Shown here one piece after another: positions 11,670 through 23,922 of a stretch of DNA of 64,000 bases. A program made the position numbers and the translations under genes. The stretch lies in assembly GCA_001599295.1 (NCBI GenBank), contig BCGN01000005.1, positions 1,116,001 to 1,180,000 of the forward strand. Reading direction: 5' to 3'. The notes beneath the pieces are model-generated. The model worked only from the letters and a program-made list of their open reading frames with translations. It was not told the DNA's origin and did not search any database. The stretch comes from Sporopachydermia quercuum (taxonomy: Eukaryota). Numbering within the stretch: position 1 is the stretch's first letter; each line of letters starts with the position of its first letter.

Positions 11670-13730
11670 AATTCAGTATATAAACTAATAGAATTCTTTG
11701 ATTCGTTTCTTCATCAACAACTTTAGAAATAGTCCTTCTTTCATATATACAGGTTACTTTGAAAATGCATTAATACCCTCAATTTCTTATAAATTGTGAT
11801 GTTTGAAGTAAACTGTTTAGTTCGTGAAAATGTTGACAAGTTCAGATACATAACTATGGCACGTTACGTAAATAAGCAAGCAAAACAAATTAAGCAGAAG
11901 GTTCTCCGCACAGCAGAACAAACGTATAATGGAGGAAATAGGAAGAAGAAATCAAAAGAATGAATCCAAAGGAAAGAAACAAAGAAAGAGCATTAGTTAT
12001 AATTGATCTTTCAGTTCTAATGTTTACTGAACTACGATTGATTATTAACTTAAAGCTTTAATTTAAGTTAGTAGCTAGCTGTACGAGGTCCCTCAGAACA
12101 AACTTTCTTTGTTGAATTCAAATGATGTTAGTTATCAGATTGTATGTTTTCACAAAACTTTAGTTGGGAGTTTAAATGTTATTTTTTGGGATTCGTTTGG
12201 TGAATTACATATCAATTTACGGAGCTCTAGTATTTTTCTTATATATACTTGGTGCTGATTGCTAACTAATCTTTTATTCTTTTTTCTTTCTTTTCTTCAA
12301 TCTTTGAAGGTGTGGTATTCTTATTAGTAATTATTGTATGAGAAGACAATTTCTAGCGGAACAAATATAACCCCATATAACGAGTGACAACTTTGAGCTT
12401 CTTCAGTTTCAGATACAAACTTTAATATAGTTTCAGTGTTCGCAATTGACCTGTAGTTCGTAACTTAAATATAGTGAAGCCATAGATGCTTTCATAGAGT
12501 AAAGAAGAATTATGGTAAGGTTGTAGTTGCCTTAGCTTTGTCACTTCTAAAAGAATATTCAAGACATGTTGTTCTTGCTATATCTATAATCTACAAATGT
12601 TCATTGAGAAGAACTGGTAGTGTTCTGGTAGGGCTTTGCGCTTTCCCGTGTGCTCAACATGAACAGTTTCATTGCAAACGTTGTTACCAATAAGGGGAAG
12701 CACGTTCTGAGCCAAGAGATAAACCTAATCTTAACTACAAACCGTAATGTTGCTCATTCTGTTCATTTGGTGAACTTTTTTATTGATGTTGAAATTCTGC
12801 CGATATGACAAACGGTGTTTCGTACCACGTGTTTTGTTCAAAAAAAAAAAAGATTGGAACTAACTATTTGAATTGAAAATAATACTAAAATGAATAAAAA
12901 CGCGCTTGATGTCTTGAATTTTAATCAGAAATGCCGTACCTGCAGCGTTCTTTCTCTGTGGTGTCAATTGTTCCATGAAGTCTATGTATAAAGTGAAGAT
13001 CCTTAATAGAAAAGACTTGTGATCAATAGATCGACATCAAAATCAAAACCAGCATCAGATATTCAGTATCTGCACGATTGAGTTCTTTACTATTTTCTTC
13101 AAAATTTCACAGATCATAAGACAATGCTGGTGTCTCAATGTCAATATTACTATTTCTCTGCTTTTTTGGCCGATGTTAGCTACGGCAACTCCGGAAACAA
13201 TGGCCCAGCATCGTATCCGAGAACAAACACATACTCTCTCAACTTTGATTTACATCTTTCTCTCGAGCAATAGTTTAGCAATTAACTCACATCATTTTCC
13301 CTTTGAATTAGATTCATAACAGATTGAAATCGCTTGCTTAAACCAAACAGCATCACATTTACTTCTTCCTATTATTCTGTTCTCTACCGTCAAGTTGCTG
13401 TTCTCCCCCATCATTACTCTCTTCTGCAAGTTCATGCATTTACGCATTGACAATCAAACTTTATTTGATTCTCCTCTATCATCATTTGTACCTCAACGGT
13501 CGTATATTTGTGTAATATAAATCCATACTTCTTTTCTTGCTTTCAGCAGAAAACAGAGTGGACTGCAATGTGTTACGTTGAGTGTTGCGTCCTATACCTC
13601 AAAGCGTTACAAAACAACCGTGCCATCATTTGGATCGCAATATTGAAGAGGCCTGGAATTCATTCTGAACATCCGTACCTTCTATAGTTACATTACCATT
13701 GGATTTCTCAGTTGAATTGCTCTTACAAAA

Positions 13731-14696
13731 ATGCATTCTCACCATTCTCACAGCGGAGAATATGTTTCTCATGCCAAGGACAATCTAGATGATATTGTTG
13801 CTAAAGTTGAGCAAATGGGATTTGAAACCTTTTGTCTGACCGAACATATGCCTCGAATCAACAAGCAGTATATATATCCCGAGGAGGAAGAGAAACAGTT
13901 GACAATTGAGGATCTGAGAATCTTATTCGATAAGTACGTTGATCATGCAAGACAAATTCAAAAGACAGCGCTGGAAGAAAATAACTCTACAAAGTTTTTA
14001 GTTGGTATGGAAGTTGAGGGCGTTGATATTCAACATTTAGAATTGGCAATTCAGCTGAGGGAAGAGAAAAAACTTGATATGATTGTAGGTTCCGTTCATC
14101 ATGTACATGGGATACCTATTGATATTGATAAGGCCTCATGGAACCAAGCAAAAGCAACATGTGGCGACGGTACTGCTAGAGCTTTGTTCAATCAGTATTT
14201 TGATTTTCAGTATTTAATGCTTACCAAACTGAAACCAGATGTTGTAGGACATTTTGATTTGATACGATTATTTGGTGAAGATAAAGAAGAAGTTGATTCG
14301 TTATTACAGAAACCAATTTCTGAAGTTAACTTGTCCCAAGAATGGCCAGATGTTTGGGAAAAAGTTACTAGGAATATTGATTTTATTTTCAGTTACGNAG
14401 GACTAATAGAATTGAATTCCGCTGCAATCAGAAAAGGGTGGAAAACTCCTTACCCGCGAGAAGATATCGCTAAATATATTGTTGATCATAATGGACGGTT
14501 TTGCTTTTCTGATGATTCTCATGGTATTTCTCAAGTTGGCTTGAACTATCATAAAGTCTTGCAATACATCAAGAGTATAGGTCTGCAGAGTATTTACTAT
14601 CTAGATCAACAAGACGGGGACACTGTTGTTCGAAGTATATCTGTTCCTGACTTAGAAAGATCGAAATTTTGGGAACAGTACAATGAGCTACAGTAA
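13731..14696 (+). CDS. HIS2: Histidinol-phosphatase (PHP family)
   Basis: MHSHHSHSGEYVSHA, CLTEHMPR, VGSVHHV, VVGHFDLIRLF, SDDSHG. Confidence 0.96.
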   Translation: MHSHHSHSGEYVSHAKDNLDDIVAKVEQMGFETFCLTEHMPRINKQYIYPEEEEKQLTIEDLRILFDKYVDHARQIQKTALEENNSTKFLVGMEVEGVDIQHLELAIQLREEKKLDMIVGSVHHVHGIPIDIDKASWNQAKATCGDGTARALFNQYFDFQYLMLTKLKPDVVGHFDLIRLFGEDKEEVDSLLQKPISEVNLSQEWPDVWEKVTRNIDFIFSYXGLIELNSAAIRKGWKTPYPREDIAKYIVDHNGRFCFSDDSHGISQVGLNYHKVLQYIKSIGLQSIYYLDQQDGDTVVRSISVPDLERSKFWEQYNELQ

Positions 14697-14863
14697 ATTT
14701 TTGAGTCTATTAAATGTACATAAATCGAATTAGAAACATATATTTCACCAATAGGAAGTACATAGAAAGAAGATTAGTAATGTCGGGACAGGCAACGAAG
14801 GATAGAAATCATCAAAGAGTGATTACAAGATGCATGATTTATTGATAAGGAAACATGAGCCGT

Positions 14864-16927
14864 TTAGTATGAACGACCAAACAAACAGTAGGAAGTAGCA
14901 GGTTGAGAACATTTGACGCATTTTGTTCCTTCTTTCAACTCTGGTTGTTCGAAGGGAATACACAAACTCTTAGCACCCATACTTGGAGCCTTTTCATCAA
15001 CTTCTTCTTGTTCTTCACCATTATCTTTCTTAGCACTGGAATCCTTGATATCTTCTTCACATTCCATAACACCACACCAAGGAGCTAAAATGATGTTCTT
15101 CTTATTAAGGGCCGGAACAAAGTCTTTCCAATCTTCAACAGTCACAACGTGAGTGTCAAACTTCTCCTTGGCATTGTTGTATAAAGAGCTTTGAATAGTA
15201 TCAAGTAACGCTGAGAATTGGGTCTCTAGCTCGCTAATTGGAATGGTAATCTTTTCTCCAGTATCCCTTCTAGCAACAGTAATTTGATTTTTCTTCAAAT
15301 CCATTGGTCCAAATTCAATTCTGACTGGTACACCCTTTAATTCCCAGTCAGCAAACTTCCAACCAGGAGAGTAATTATCTCTGTAGTCACCCGTAACTCT
15401 GAAACCAGCATCAGACAGCTTTTCTTGAATAGATTTACAACCAGCTTCAATTTCTGCCTTGGTTTTGTCCGTAGTCTTAGCAGTGATACCACAAGGAATA
15501 ACCACACCTTGGTATTGAGAAACACGAGGTGGTATAACAAGACCTTTATTATCAGAGTGAATCATGATCATCACACCAATCACACGGGTACTGAGACCCC
15601 AAGAGTTTTGCCAAGCGAACAATTTGGGCTTATCAGGTCCTTCAGGATTCTCAACAACAATGTTGAACATCTTTGAGAAGTTTTGACCTAAACAATGAGA
15701 AGTAGCACCTTGAATACCTCTACCTGTAGTTGGAATATAACCTTCGCAAGTAGTGGTGAAAAGACCACCAGCAAACTTCTCCTTTTCAGTCTTCTTGCCC
15801 TTGATAACTGGAACAGCTAAGAGCTCCTCATAAATACCAGCGTAGTAATCCAAAATCTGAAGGACTTCCTTGTTAGCTTCTTCAAAGGTCAAATGAGCAG
15901 TATGACCTTCTTGCCAAAGGAATTCACGAGTACGTAAAAACGGTTGAGGATGCTTGAACTCCCATCGAACAACTGAATTCCATTGGTTTAACTTCAAAGG
16001 TAAATCCCTATGAGATCTAATCCATTTAGCATAGTAAGGATACATCACAGTTTCAGAAGTAGGTCTAATAGCAACTGGTTCTTCTAAATCACTAGAACCA
16101 GCTTTGGTAACCCAAGCAACCTCTGGTGCAAAGCCTTCAACGTGATCTTTTTCCTTTTCCAATACACGGGATGAAACAAACATTGGGAAATAAGCATTTT
16201 GAACACCTAGCTTCTTGATCCTAGAATCAAACCAGCTTTGAATTTGTTCCCAGATAGCGTAAGAGCCAGGTCTCATAATATAACAACCAGAAACATCGTA
16301 ATATTCCAACATTTCACCTTTGGTTAGGATTTGTTGATACCAACCTGGAAAATCCACATGCTTATCAACAGTGATACCAATCAAAGCAGCACCTTCCAAT
16401 TCAGCATTTACAGGACCCTTGGCTTTGCTACCACCTTTTGCTGGCTTACTGGCTTCCGGAACAGCAGAAGCTTCTTTAGAGAAATCAACTACAATGAGTT
16501 CAATACCAGAGGCAGCAAGAAATCCGTTTAAAGCAGCACCAGAAATAGTGGCCTTAGCAGATTCGGTCTTTAATTCAAAGATATCATCTTCAGAGTTTTT
16601 GTTGGCGATTTCGGAGTCTAAAACAACCTTCACTTTTCCATCAGCATGACTGGCAGAATCCAAGCTGGCAATGGAAAACTCTTTGGAGTCTACTTTGAAG
16701 AACTCAGTGATAAGGTCTTGGTTGGCCAAACGAGCATCTTTCACCCCAGCTGCCTTGTTGAGTATTGATGAAGGAGTTGCTGTTGATTGTAAAGCAATCA
16801 AAACAAGTGGAACTGGTGCTTGTGATTTAGGTGTCTTGGGCTTAAAAACAAGTGACTTTATAGGTAATACCCCACTTGGTGAAGGTGTTGCCAATGATAA
16901 GGCGTTCAAAGAAGCAATCAAAGACAT
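14864..16927 (-). CDS. YHR020W: Cytoplasmic prolyl-tRNA synthetase with N-terminal YbaK-like domain
   Basis: [43 protein letters not shown] and C-terminal FGRSY. Confidence 0.97.
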   Translation of the reverse strand: MSLIASLNALSLATPSPSGVLPIKSLVFKPKTPKSQAPVPLVLIALQSTATPSSILNKAAGVKDARLANQDLITEFFKVDSKEFSIASLDSASHADGKVKVVLDSEIANKNSEDDIFELKTESAKATISGAALNGFLAASGIELIVVDFSKEASAVPEASKPAKGGSKAKGPVNAELEGAALIGITVDKHVDFPGWYQQILTKGEMLEYYDVSGCYIMRPGSYAIWEQIQSWFDSRIKKLGVQNAYFPMFVSSRVLEKEKDHVEGFAPEVAWVTKAGSSDLEEPVAIRPTSETVMYPYYAKWIRSHRDLPLKLNQWNSVVRWEFKHPQPFLRTREFLWQEGHTAHLTFEEANKEVLQILDYYAGIYEELLAVPVIKGKKTEKEKFAGGLFTTTCEGYIPTTGRGIQGATSHCLGQNFSKMFNIVVENPEGPDKPKLFAWQNSWGLSTRVIGVMIMIHSDNKGLVIPPRVSQYQGVVIPCGITAKTTDKTKAEIEAGCKSIQEKLSDAGFRVTGDYRDNYSPGWKFADWELKGVPVRIEFGPMDLKKNQITVARRDTGEKITIPISELETQFSALLDTIQSSLYNNAKEKFDTHVVTVEDWKDFVPALNKKNIILAPWCGVMECEEDIKDSSAKKDNGEEQEEVDEKAPSMGAKSLCIPFEQPELKEGTKCVKCSQPATSYCLFGRSY

Positions 16928-17711
16928 CTCCTCTGTATTTCTTAACGTACAGTATTATTTTCTCTACTGGCAACCTTTGGAGGCCACTCTTTTATTGGCT
17001 GTTCTTTGGTTGCTTCTTTATCTATAAAATACAATAAATGCACAGTAAGATTATTCTATAGGTTTGCTATCTCCCGATGATACAATTAATGGGCATTTTA
17101 CAACAGCAGCAACTTTTGACTGATTTTTGTTTGTGTCCTTTGATTTTTCACTTTGAAGGTTTGCGCTACCTCCCAGAAAACTCCCAAAGATACCGGAGAT
17201 AACTTTCCTAATTTGGTATAGCTGAACCAGATAAAGTTCGGGGGGTTGATGGGAGATGGGTAGGAATTGAGGATATAAGTAGTTATAAAAGTACTAGAAT
17301 TTGTTGTAATAGTTTGAAAATAACATTTTTTTGTCGTAAGGAATTTTTACGAAATTCTAATAATGCTATTATCTAAAAGATGAGGTTGACTAAGACTCCC
17401 CTGGTGGCAGAAATGGCGTTCGTTGAATGACTGAATTGAAAGAGTTTAGATAGTGGAAACCTTAATACTGATTTCGGAATGATGAGATTAGAATGATTGA
17501 TATTTAGAATTGATCAATGAAGTATTGAGAAAGAAGGAGTTGTAGCATGAATTCCAAAACTCAATTATTTAATTATAGTGTTAGAAGATCCGATGTATCC
17601 TCCTTACTTGAGGGTTATAATCTTGTTCAAAAGCTCTCACGACGGTCACATTATCTACGATCACAATACGTATGAAATTTCGGAAAAGATGCTATCTAAG
17701 AAAAGTGGTAA

Positions 17712-17719
17712 ATGAGTCA
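17712..17719. promoter_or_regulatory. Gcn4-type site (ATGAGTCA) in the shared ProRS/AsnRS divergent promoter
   Basis: Exact motif near the middle of the 1.45-kb intergenic region. Confidence 0.5.
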
Positions 17720-18378
17720 CGAGCCAACGACGCTCATGAGTGTTCGATTGCAATGTCCATCAAGCCAGCACGTAAATAACAAATTAAATTCATGTTTCTT
17801 AAGATAAACATTCCTTATATCTTTGTTATAGCCTAATAAATTAAACATTTTATAGCTGTTCTCTCAACATTAAGCATGATTCAGATTTGCTCTTCATTGG
17901 AAAATTTTCTTTCGCGGTGAGACTTGATGGATTAGGTCAAAAAGTCATCAAACCGCTCAGCAAGAAAATTCCTATATCTGACGAAGAGTACAAATTCTAT
18001 ATTTGTTACTACAAAATGTTCATTTCAATTACTATTTATTATCAGTTTTCTATGTCTTAATCAGATAAAACTGAATGAATTCAATCTAATTATAGTTTCG
18101 CAATTTAACGAACAATATCACCACCTTTATCTCATGTTCTTCACTGGTATGAAGCTTACCACATCACGTAATTCTCGGACTTTACTGTTTGCTTGAGTAA
18201 ATTTCACCATCAAATCCTTATCTTTCATTTAACCAATTTTCCTCTCGAAATGAAACCTCCAATTAAATCAACAATCATTTCAACTTGCACTTGTGACCTA
18301 CAGCCGGCACATAGCCATATTAGCAGCCAGTAAAGAAAAAATAATAGATTATTCAAAATCTACTTTTTACGATCCAAA

Positions 18379-20040
18379 ATGCCAAGTCCAGTTTATGTCA
18401 ACGAAACTGTTGGCAAAGACGACAAGTCTTTGTCAGATGGAAGTGAATCAAAACCATATGCAACAGCTGCTTATGCTTTATTTGTTTCAGCTGAACCAGA
18501 AAGTCAAAAGGTCTTCGTTTTCAAGCAAGAAGAAAACTCTTATGCTGAAATCACTGCTTCTGCTTTAAAAAAAGCAAAAAAAGGATCTGATGGTTTGAAA
18601 AAGAAGGCTGAAAAAACCAAGCTCCAAGCCGAGCAACAAGCAAAGAAAGATGCTGATGATGCTGCCAAAAAGCTTGCTGCTCTGTCCATTAAAATCACCG
18701 AAGATGAGTCTTTACCTAGGGCAACTATTGTTAAGATCAGAGATGCTCCCAAATATGTACAAAAGAGAGTGAAGGTTCAAGGTTGGATTCATAGACTACG
18801 TCTACAAAAGGGCTTGGCCTTCATTGTCTTAAGAGATGGTTCAGGTTTAATCCAATGTTTGTTGTCCGGCGATTTATCTAATGCATATCAAACATTGAAT
18901 TTGACTTTAGAATCTACTGTTACTATTTCTGGTACCATTGTGCCTATTCCTGAAGGTCAAAGTGCTCCTGGTAATATTGAACTGATTGGTGACTATTACG
19001 AAGTAGTCGGGCTAGCTCCATCAGGCGATGATGCATTCACTAATAAAATTCAAGAAAATGCTGATCCTTCATTATTATTGGACCAAAGGCATTTGGTTTT
19101 GAGAGGTGACACTCAATCTGGTATCATGAAAGTCAGAGCTGCTTTCTTGAGAGCTATTCGTCGTATTTATGATGAAGAACATATTACGGAAGTTACACCT
19201 CCTTGTATGGTTCAAACTTCGGTCGAAGGTGGATCAACACTTTTTAAACTTGATTATTATGGTCAAGAAGCCTATCTTACCCAATCCTCACAATTGTACT
19301 TGGAAACCTGTTTACCTTCATTGGGTGATGTGTACTGTATTCAAGAATCATTCAGAGCTGAAAAGTCTCATACTAGAAGACATTTGTCTGAGTATACTCA
19401 TATTGAGGCAGAATTATGTTTCCTTACTTTCAACGATTTGTTATCTCATATTGAGAAATTAATTGTGAAGAGTGTTCAATACACTTTAGAAGATCCTGTT
19501 GCTGGGCCTATCGTCAAACAATTGAACCCTGGTTTCGTTGCTCCTCAGTTACCTTTCAAACGTTTAGAATATAAGGATGCTATTGATTGGCTCAATGAAC
19601 ATAACATTCCTAATGAAGATGGCGAACCTTTCAAGTTTGGAGATGATATAGCTGAAGCTGCTGAACGTAAGATGACTGATACAATCGGTGTTCCAATTCT
19701 TTTAACAAGATTCCCATTGGAGATCAAGTCTTTCTACATGAAGAGGTGTGAAGATGACCCTCGCGTTACTGAATCGGTTGATGTTTTAATGCCAACTGTG
19801 GGTGAGATTACCGGTGGTTCTATGAGAATTACTGATCTAGATGAGTTGGTAGCAGGTTTTGAAAGAGAAAAGATTAATCCTACCAACTATTACTGGTTTA
19901 TTGATCAACGTAAATATGGTACCTGCCCTCATGGTGGTTATGGTTTAGGAACCGAAAGAATCCTTGCCTGGCTCTGCAATCGTTTCACTGTTAGAGACTG
20001 TTCTCTCTATCCCAGATTTACTGGTAGATGTAAGCCTTAG
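18379..20040 (+). CDS. DED81: Cytoplasmic asparaginyl-tRNA synthetase
   Basis: GWIHRLR OB-fold, AYLTQSSQLYLE, FRAEKSHTRRHLSEYTHIEAE, PHGGYGLGTER. Confidence 0.98.
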   Translation: MPSPVYVNETVGKDDKSLSDGSESKPYATAAYALFVSAEPESQKVFVFKQEENSYAEITASALKKAKKGSDGLKKKAEKTKLQAEQQAKKDADDAAKKLAALSIKITEDESLPRATIVKIRDAPKYVQKRVKVQGWIHRLRLQKGLAFIVLRDGSGLIQCLLSGDLSNAYQTLNLTLESTVTISGTIVPIPEGQSAPGNIELIGDYYEVVGLAPSGDDAFTNKIQENADPSLLLDQRHLVLRGDTQSGIMKVRAAFLRAIRRIYDEEHITEVTPPCMVQTSVEGGSTLFKLDYYGQEAYLTQSSQLYLETCLPSLGDVYCIQESFRAEKSHTRRHLSEYTHIEAELCFLTFNDLLSHIEKLIVKSVQYTLEDPVAGPIVKQLNPGFVAPQLPFKRLEYKDAIDWLNEHNIPNEDGEPFKFGDDIAEAAERKMTDTIGVPILLTRFPLEIKSFYMKRCEDDPRVTESVDVLMPTVGEITGGSMRITDLDELVAGFEREKINPTNYYWFIDQRKYGTCPHGGYGLGTERILAWLCNRFTVRDCSLYPRFTGRCKP

Positions 20041-21288
20041 AGGTTATGTGAAATGCATGTTNACTACTGAGATAATGCTACATATGATTTCATTGTTAGA
20101 TATAAACTTTGAATAATACCGTGAATATATATGACGTATTTTTGTAGCAAGGTATTTTCTTGTTTCTATGAACTGTATCACCTTTAGCATTCATATGATT
20201 GAAGTTCCTCAGTTATGAGAAATTAAGTTGAATTCCACTGCATAAATATGCATCTTGTTTAACCTTGTTTTCTATCTCATCCGATAAAGAAAATCCTATA
20301 CCTGCTTTTTTATAATTTGAATGCCTGTAATCTTCACAATTTGATTATAAAAAATATTTTCTCTTAAATAAAATATCCATTGTCCATTTATTGGTAGATT
20401 TTCTACAGATGAGAGAGGAACACTTCTGTAGTTCATCTAACCCCATTCAGGCCTTGTTATTGTCAGTTGCAATAGATTCAAGAATGTACTACATCTAAAG
20501 TTCTTTACCAGAAAAGATACCCTGCAATACTCATTATATTATATTTTGTATTATTAGAGTTTATATTCATATCTGATAAAACCTCTCTCTCCTTGAGCCT
20601 GAGCTTACTTTTATTACAGGCAATCACCTAACTGTATTTTCAGTTTTCCTATAACTGCCTTTAACAAAATCGACTCTGACTTTTTCATTCCACTTCACAT
20701 TTCGTTTAAGCTGGTTCCAGTGAATTGATTCTTTTCCAGCGTTATTAAACTATCTAATTTCAGTATTGATTAATATCCAATTCCACTTGCAATCCTTTCC
20801 ATAGCATGTACATCCATCGTTTCCTCTATTATCTTTCTGCCTACCAAGATTTCGGAAATGATAGACTCTCCTAGAAGGAGATTCAATATCCGCGAAACAC
20901 ATAGTTAGTACGCCTGAGGAGGAATAAAAGATATCTGTTTCAATCATTAAGAAAAGAAGATATTCTTGCTATTTACTGAAAGCTGACTTTGAAGGCCTTC
21001 AGAGTTTCAATCAAAGCACTTTGACGCCACAGTGCCCTTTTGGATTTTAAGTATCCTATTCCAGATTCACACCACTATCTATAGTATCCTTATCATTGGC
21101 ACTTTAAACATAGTTATAGTAATATCACTAAATACTTTTTGTCATTTCGAGCAGTCTATTGAAGTTATTATCTATAAACCATGTTGAAAACGCAAGATAA
21201 ATTGTGTCCCTAATTTTCTTTTTAATACAATTGTGTTAAGCAATTCTTGTCACTTCATACTTGTTCTCTCATTTACCACTACATATAG

Positions 21289-23922
21289 ATGATGAGTCCA
21301 ACAAAACGGCGTAGAAGGTCCCCTGGCCCTGAACAAGAGGAAATTGCAAATGAGAAAGAAACAGATTTCGATTGGAGCAATGTGGAGGTAAAACCCGATC
21401 ATGATTATAGAGATAAGCCAAAGAAGAGACCTTTCAATATTCCAGAAGCTCCAGTATTCTATCCTACCGAAGCAGAGTTCAAGGACCCTATACGATTTAT
21501 ACTAAACGTTCAAGATGTTGGTAAGAAGCATGGACTATTGAAAATAGTTCCACCGGCTAGCTGGAATNCAAATTTTTATCTTGATACTTCAGCATTCATA
21601 TTCACTACAAGGAAACAGGTTTTAAGTGATATGGGAGCCCAATCAAGAGCTGAGATGCTGTTTCTCAATCAGCTATGTAAATATAATGNAATGCTTGGAA
21701 GAGATATCAGTGGAAAATGTACTCCTCTATTAGCAGGAAAAAAGCTTAGCCTGTATATGTTGAATCAGGTTGTAATGAATTTAGGAGGATTTTCAATGGT
21801 GACTCAGCAGCGACAATGGCCTGAGGTAGCATTCAAATTGCAATTCCCAGAGCCACTAGCAATTTTAGTAGGAAGAAAACTAAAATTTCTCTATTCTGAC
21901 CTCTTGACAGAGTACAATGAGTACGTAATAGCAGTTAAAAAAACCAATGGAAAGCTCCCTTCACGGAAAGGAGAGTCTAGTAGAATGCGTCAACAAAAGA
22001 AATGTACCATAGGTAGCGGTAGCAGTTCTAATAATAGGGATAGCAACAAGAGAAAGCAGAACTTGGCTTCCGACCCTAAGCAAGATAATACAAGAGGCTC
22101 AGGCCGAAAACAAAAAATTGAGCAACGTATACTTAGAAGACCAATCCGCGAACGAAAAGATATCTGTCAAATCTGTCTAGATAAAATGGAACAGGAGCTA
22201 TTAATAAAGTGNGTGGAATGCAAAGAGAAATTTCATACTCCGTGTATACTTCCAGAGCCGTTGAAAGAAAACGAGGGTTCTTGGTATTGTGCTAAGTGTT
22301 TCCTTGCAGATTCAACTTATGGATTTGAACTATGTGATGAAGAGTACTCGTTAGGAGAGTATCAACGAATGGCTGATAACTTTGCCGAAACATACCNTGC
22401 AACTGATATGGCAGTTAACCAAGAAACCATGGATGATCCCCTGAGGCTTGAAAATGAAATAGAAAACGAGTTTTGGAGATTGGCAAGCGATGTGAAAAGT
22501 ACTGTAGAAGTTAAATATGGAGCTGATGTATTCAATGTTGATAGGCCAAGTGCTTTCCCCCATCGAAAAACTGAGCCAAAAGATAAATTATCATACCATG
22601 ATTGGAATCCTAATGTTCTTCCATTATGTGAAAACTCTATACTGAAAAGCTTTGGTGATAGCATACCTGGCATGACTGTTCCCTGGTTGTATGTAGGAAT
22701 GATGTTTTCGGCTTTCTGTTGGCATAATGAGGACCATTACACTTTTAGTGCTAACTATCAACATTTTGGTGCTACGAAAACTTGGTATGGAATTACCGGT
22801 GGTGACGCTGAAAAGTTTGAAGAGTTAATTAAGAAATCAGTTCCTGATTTGTTTGAGGCTCAGCCTGATTTATTGTACCATCTGGTTACTATGTATCACC
22901 CCCAGAAGATAATAGACAGTGGTATTAATGTACTGGCTTGTGATCAGCGACCTGGGGAGATTGTTATTACGTATCCAAAGGTTTATCATTCAGGGTTTAA
23001 TCAGGGATTCAATTTGAATGAAGCAATCAATTTTGCTCCGCCACAATGGATATCCGTATACTATGAATCATCACTGACATACAAAATGTACAGAAGACGT
23101 CCAGTATTTTCAATGGAAGAGCTGATCTATAAATCATTAGCAAGTGTGATTGATCTAAGTAATCTTAAGGATAAGATTGATGAAGGAAAATCAACAAAAG
23201 ATATTCGAAGATTGAGATTGGGATTGAAATTGAAACCCAGCAACACATCATTATCTACTAGACGGTCGAATAATACTGATGATGGNAAAAGCAACTTAGT
23301 GCGGTATTTGTTTCCTTATCTTTTAAGAGCGGTAGAAAAAGAATTACGCCGTCGAAAGGAACTATACGAGTTTTTGNCAATGTTAAGCTCAAGCATGAGA
23401 ACTGGAATTGCATTAATTAGGAAATCACTTTCTAAAGGTATTGGTGAAGAGGATAATATAGTCGTCAAACCATTCAAACTTGAGAAGTATACTATATCAG
23501 TTGAGAGTAGTCAGTATGATGAATCAGGCAACGATGAGTCAACCAGATGTTGTAAATGCAATTGTTTAAACTATTTTTCTCATATCGAGGTCCAAAAAGC
23601 ACAGGGTGATGTCAGTCTTAACTTCTGCTTAGATCATTTCTTAGGCCAGGATTTGGATTATGATGAGAATAATGAAAAAGATACCAAAGCTGAAGAGTTA
23701 TTCGAAAGAGGCATAGTAGCCTTCGGAAAAGCTTTAAAATTATTTAAGAGTAGTGCACAACTAGCACAAGACGATTCTAATATTGTGTTTAAATTCAAAT
23801 ATTTGTTTNCAAGAGCTGAGCTGCTGAATATGCTGAAAATATGTTTGGGTGATTGGCAACAATTGAAAGAGAATCGCGGTATAGATTTCTCGCATGGAAT
23901 TATAGTTGAAGAGGAGAATTAA
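21289..23922 (+). CDS. JHD2: JARID1/KDM5-type JmjC histone demethylase (JmjN-ARID-PHD-JmjC, partial C5HC2-like region)
   Basis: APVFYPTEAEFKDP (JmjN); CQIC...HTPC...WYCAKC (PHD); intact Fe ligands FCWHNEDHY and VYHSGFNQG; adjacent to ILM1 as in S. cerevisiae. Confidence 0.85.
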   Translation: MMSPTKRRRRSPGPEQEEIANEKETDFDWSNVEVKPDHDYRDKPKKRPFNIPEAPVFYPTEAEFKDPIRFILNVQDVGKKHGLLKIVPPASWNXNFYLDTSAFIFTTRKQVLSDMGAQSRAEMLFLNQLCKYNXMLGRDISGKCTPLLAGKKLSLYMLNQVVMNLGGFSMVTQQRQWPEVAFKLQFPEPLAILVGRKLKFLYSDLLTEYNEYVIAVKKTNGKLPSRKGESSRMRQQKKCTIGSGSSSNNRDSNKRKQNLASDPKQDNTRGSGRKQKIEQRILRRPIRERKDICQICLDKMEQELLIKXVECKEKFHTPCILPEPLKENEGSWYCAKCFLADSTYGFELCDEEYSLGEYQRMADNFAETYXATDMAVNQETMDDPLRLENEIENEFWRLASDVKSTVEVKYGADVFNVDRPSAFPHRKTEPKDKLSYHDWNPNVLPLCENSILKSFGDSIPGMTVPWLYVGMMFSAFCWHNEDHYTFSANYQHFGATKTWYGITGGDAEKFEELIKKSVPDLFEAQPDLLYHLVTMYHPQKIIDSGINVLACDQRPGEIVITYPKVYHSGFNQGFNLNEAINFAPPQWISVYYESSLTYKMYRRRPVFSMEELIYKSLASVIDLSNLKDKIDEGKSTKDIRRLRLGLKLKPSNTSLSTRRSNNTDDXKSNLVRYLFPYLLRAVEKELRRRKELYEFLXMLSSSMRTGIALIRKSLSKGIGEEDNIVVKPFKLEKYTISVESSQYDESGNDESTRCCKCNCLNYFSHIEVQKAQGDVSLNFCLDHFLGQDLDYDENNEKDTKAEELFERGIVAFGKALKLFKSSAQLAQDDSNIVFKFKYLFXRAELLNMLKICLGDWQQLKENRGIDFSHGIIVEEEN

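Noticed and set aside
16928..18378. Non-AUG mitochondrial extensions on ProRS or AsnRS
   Set aside because: In-frame stops lie 10 and 16 codons upstream of the respective ATGs.
18982..18984. Alternative CUG decoding (Ser/Ala clades)
   Set aside because: CTG falls at conserved Leu positions (AsnRS E-L-x-x-DYY; ARID L-x-L-Y). This is a small sample and not a formal test.
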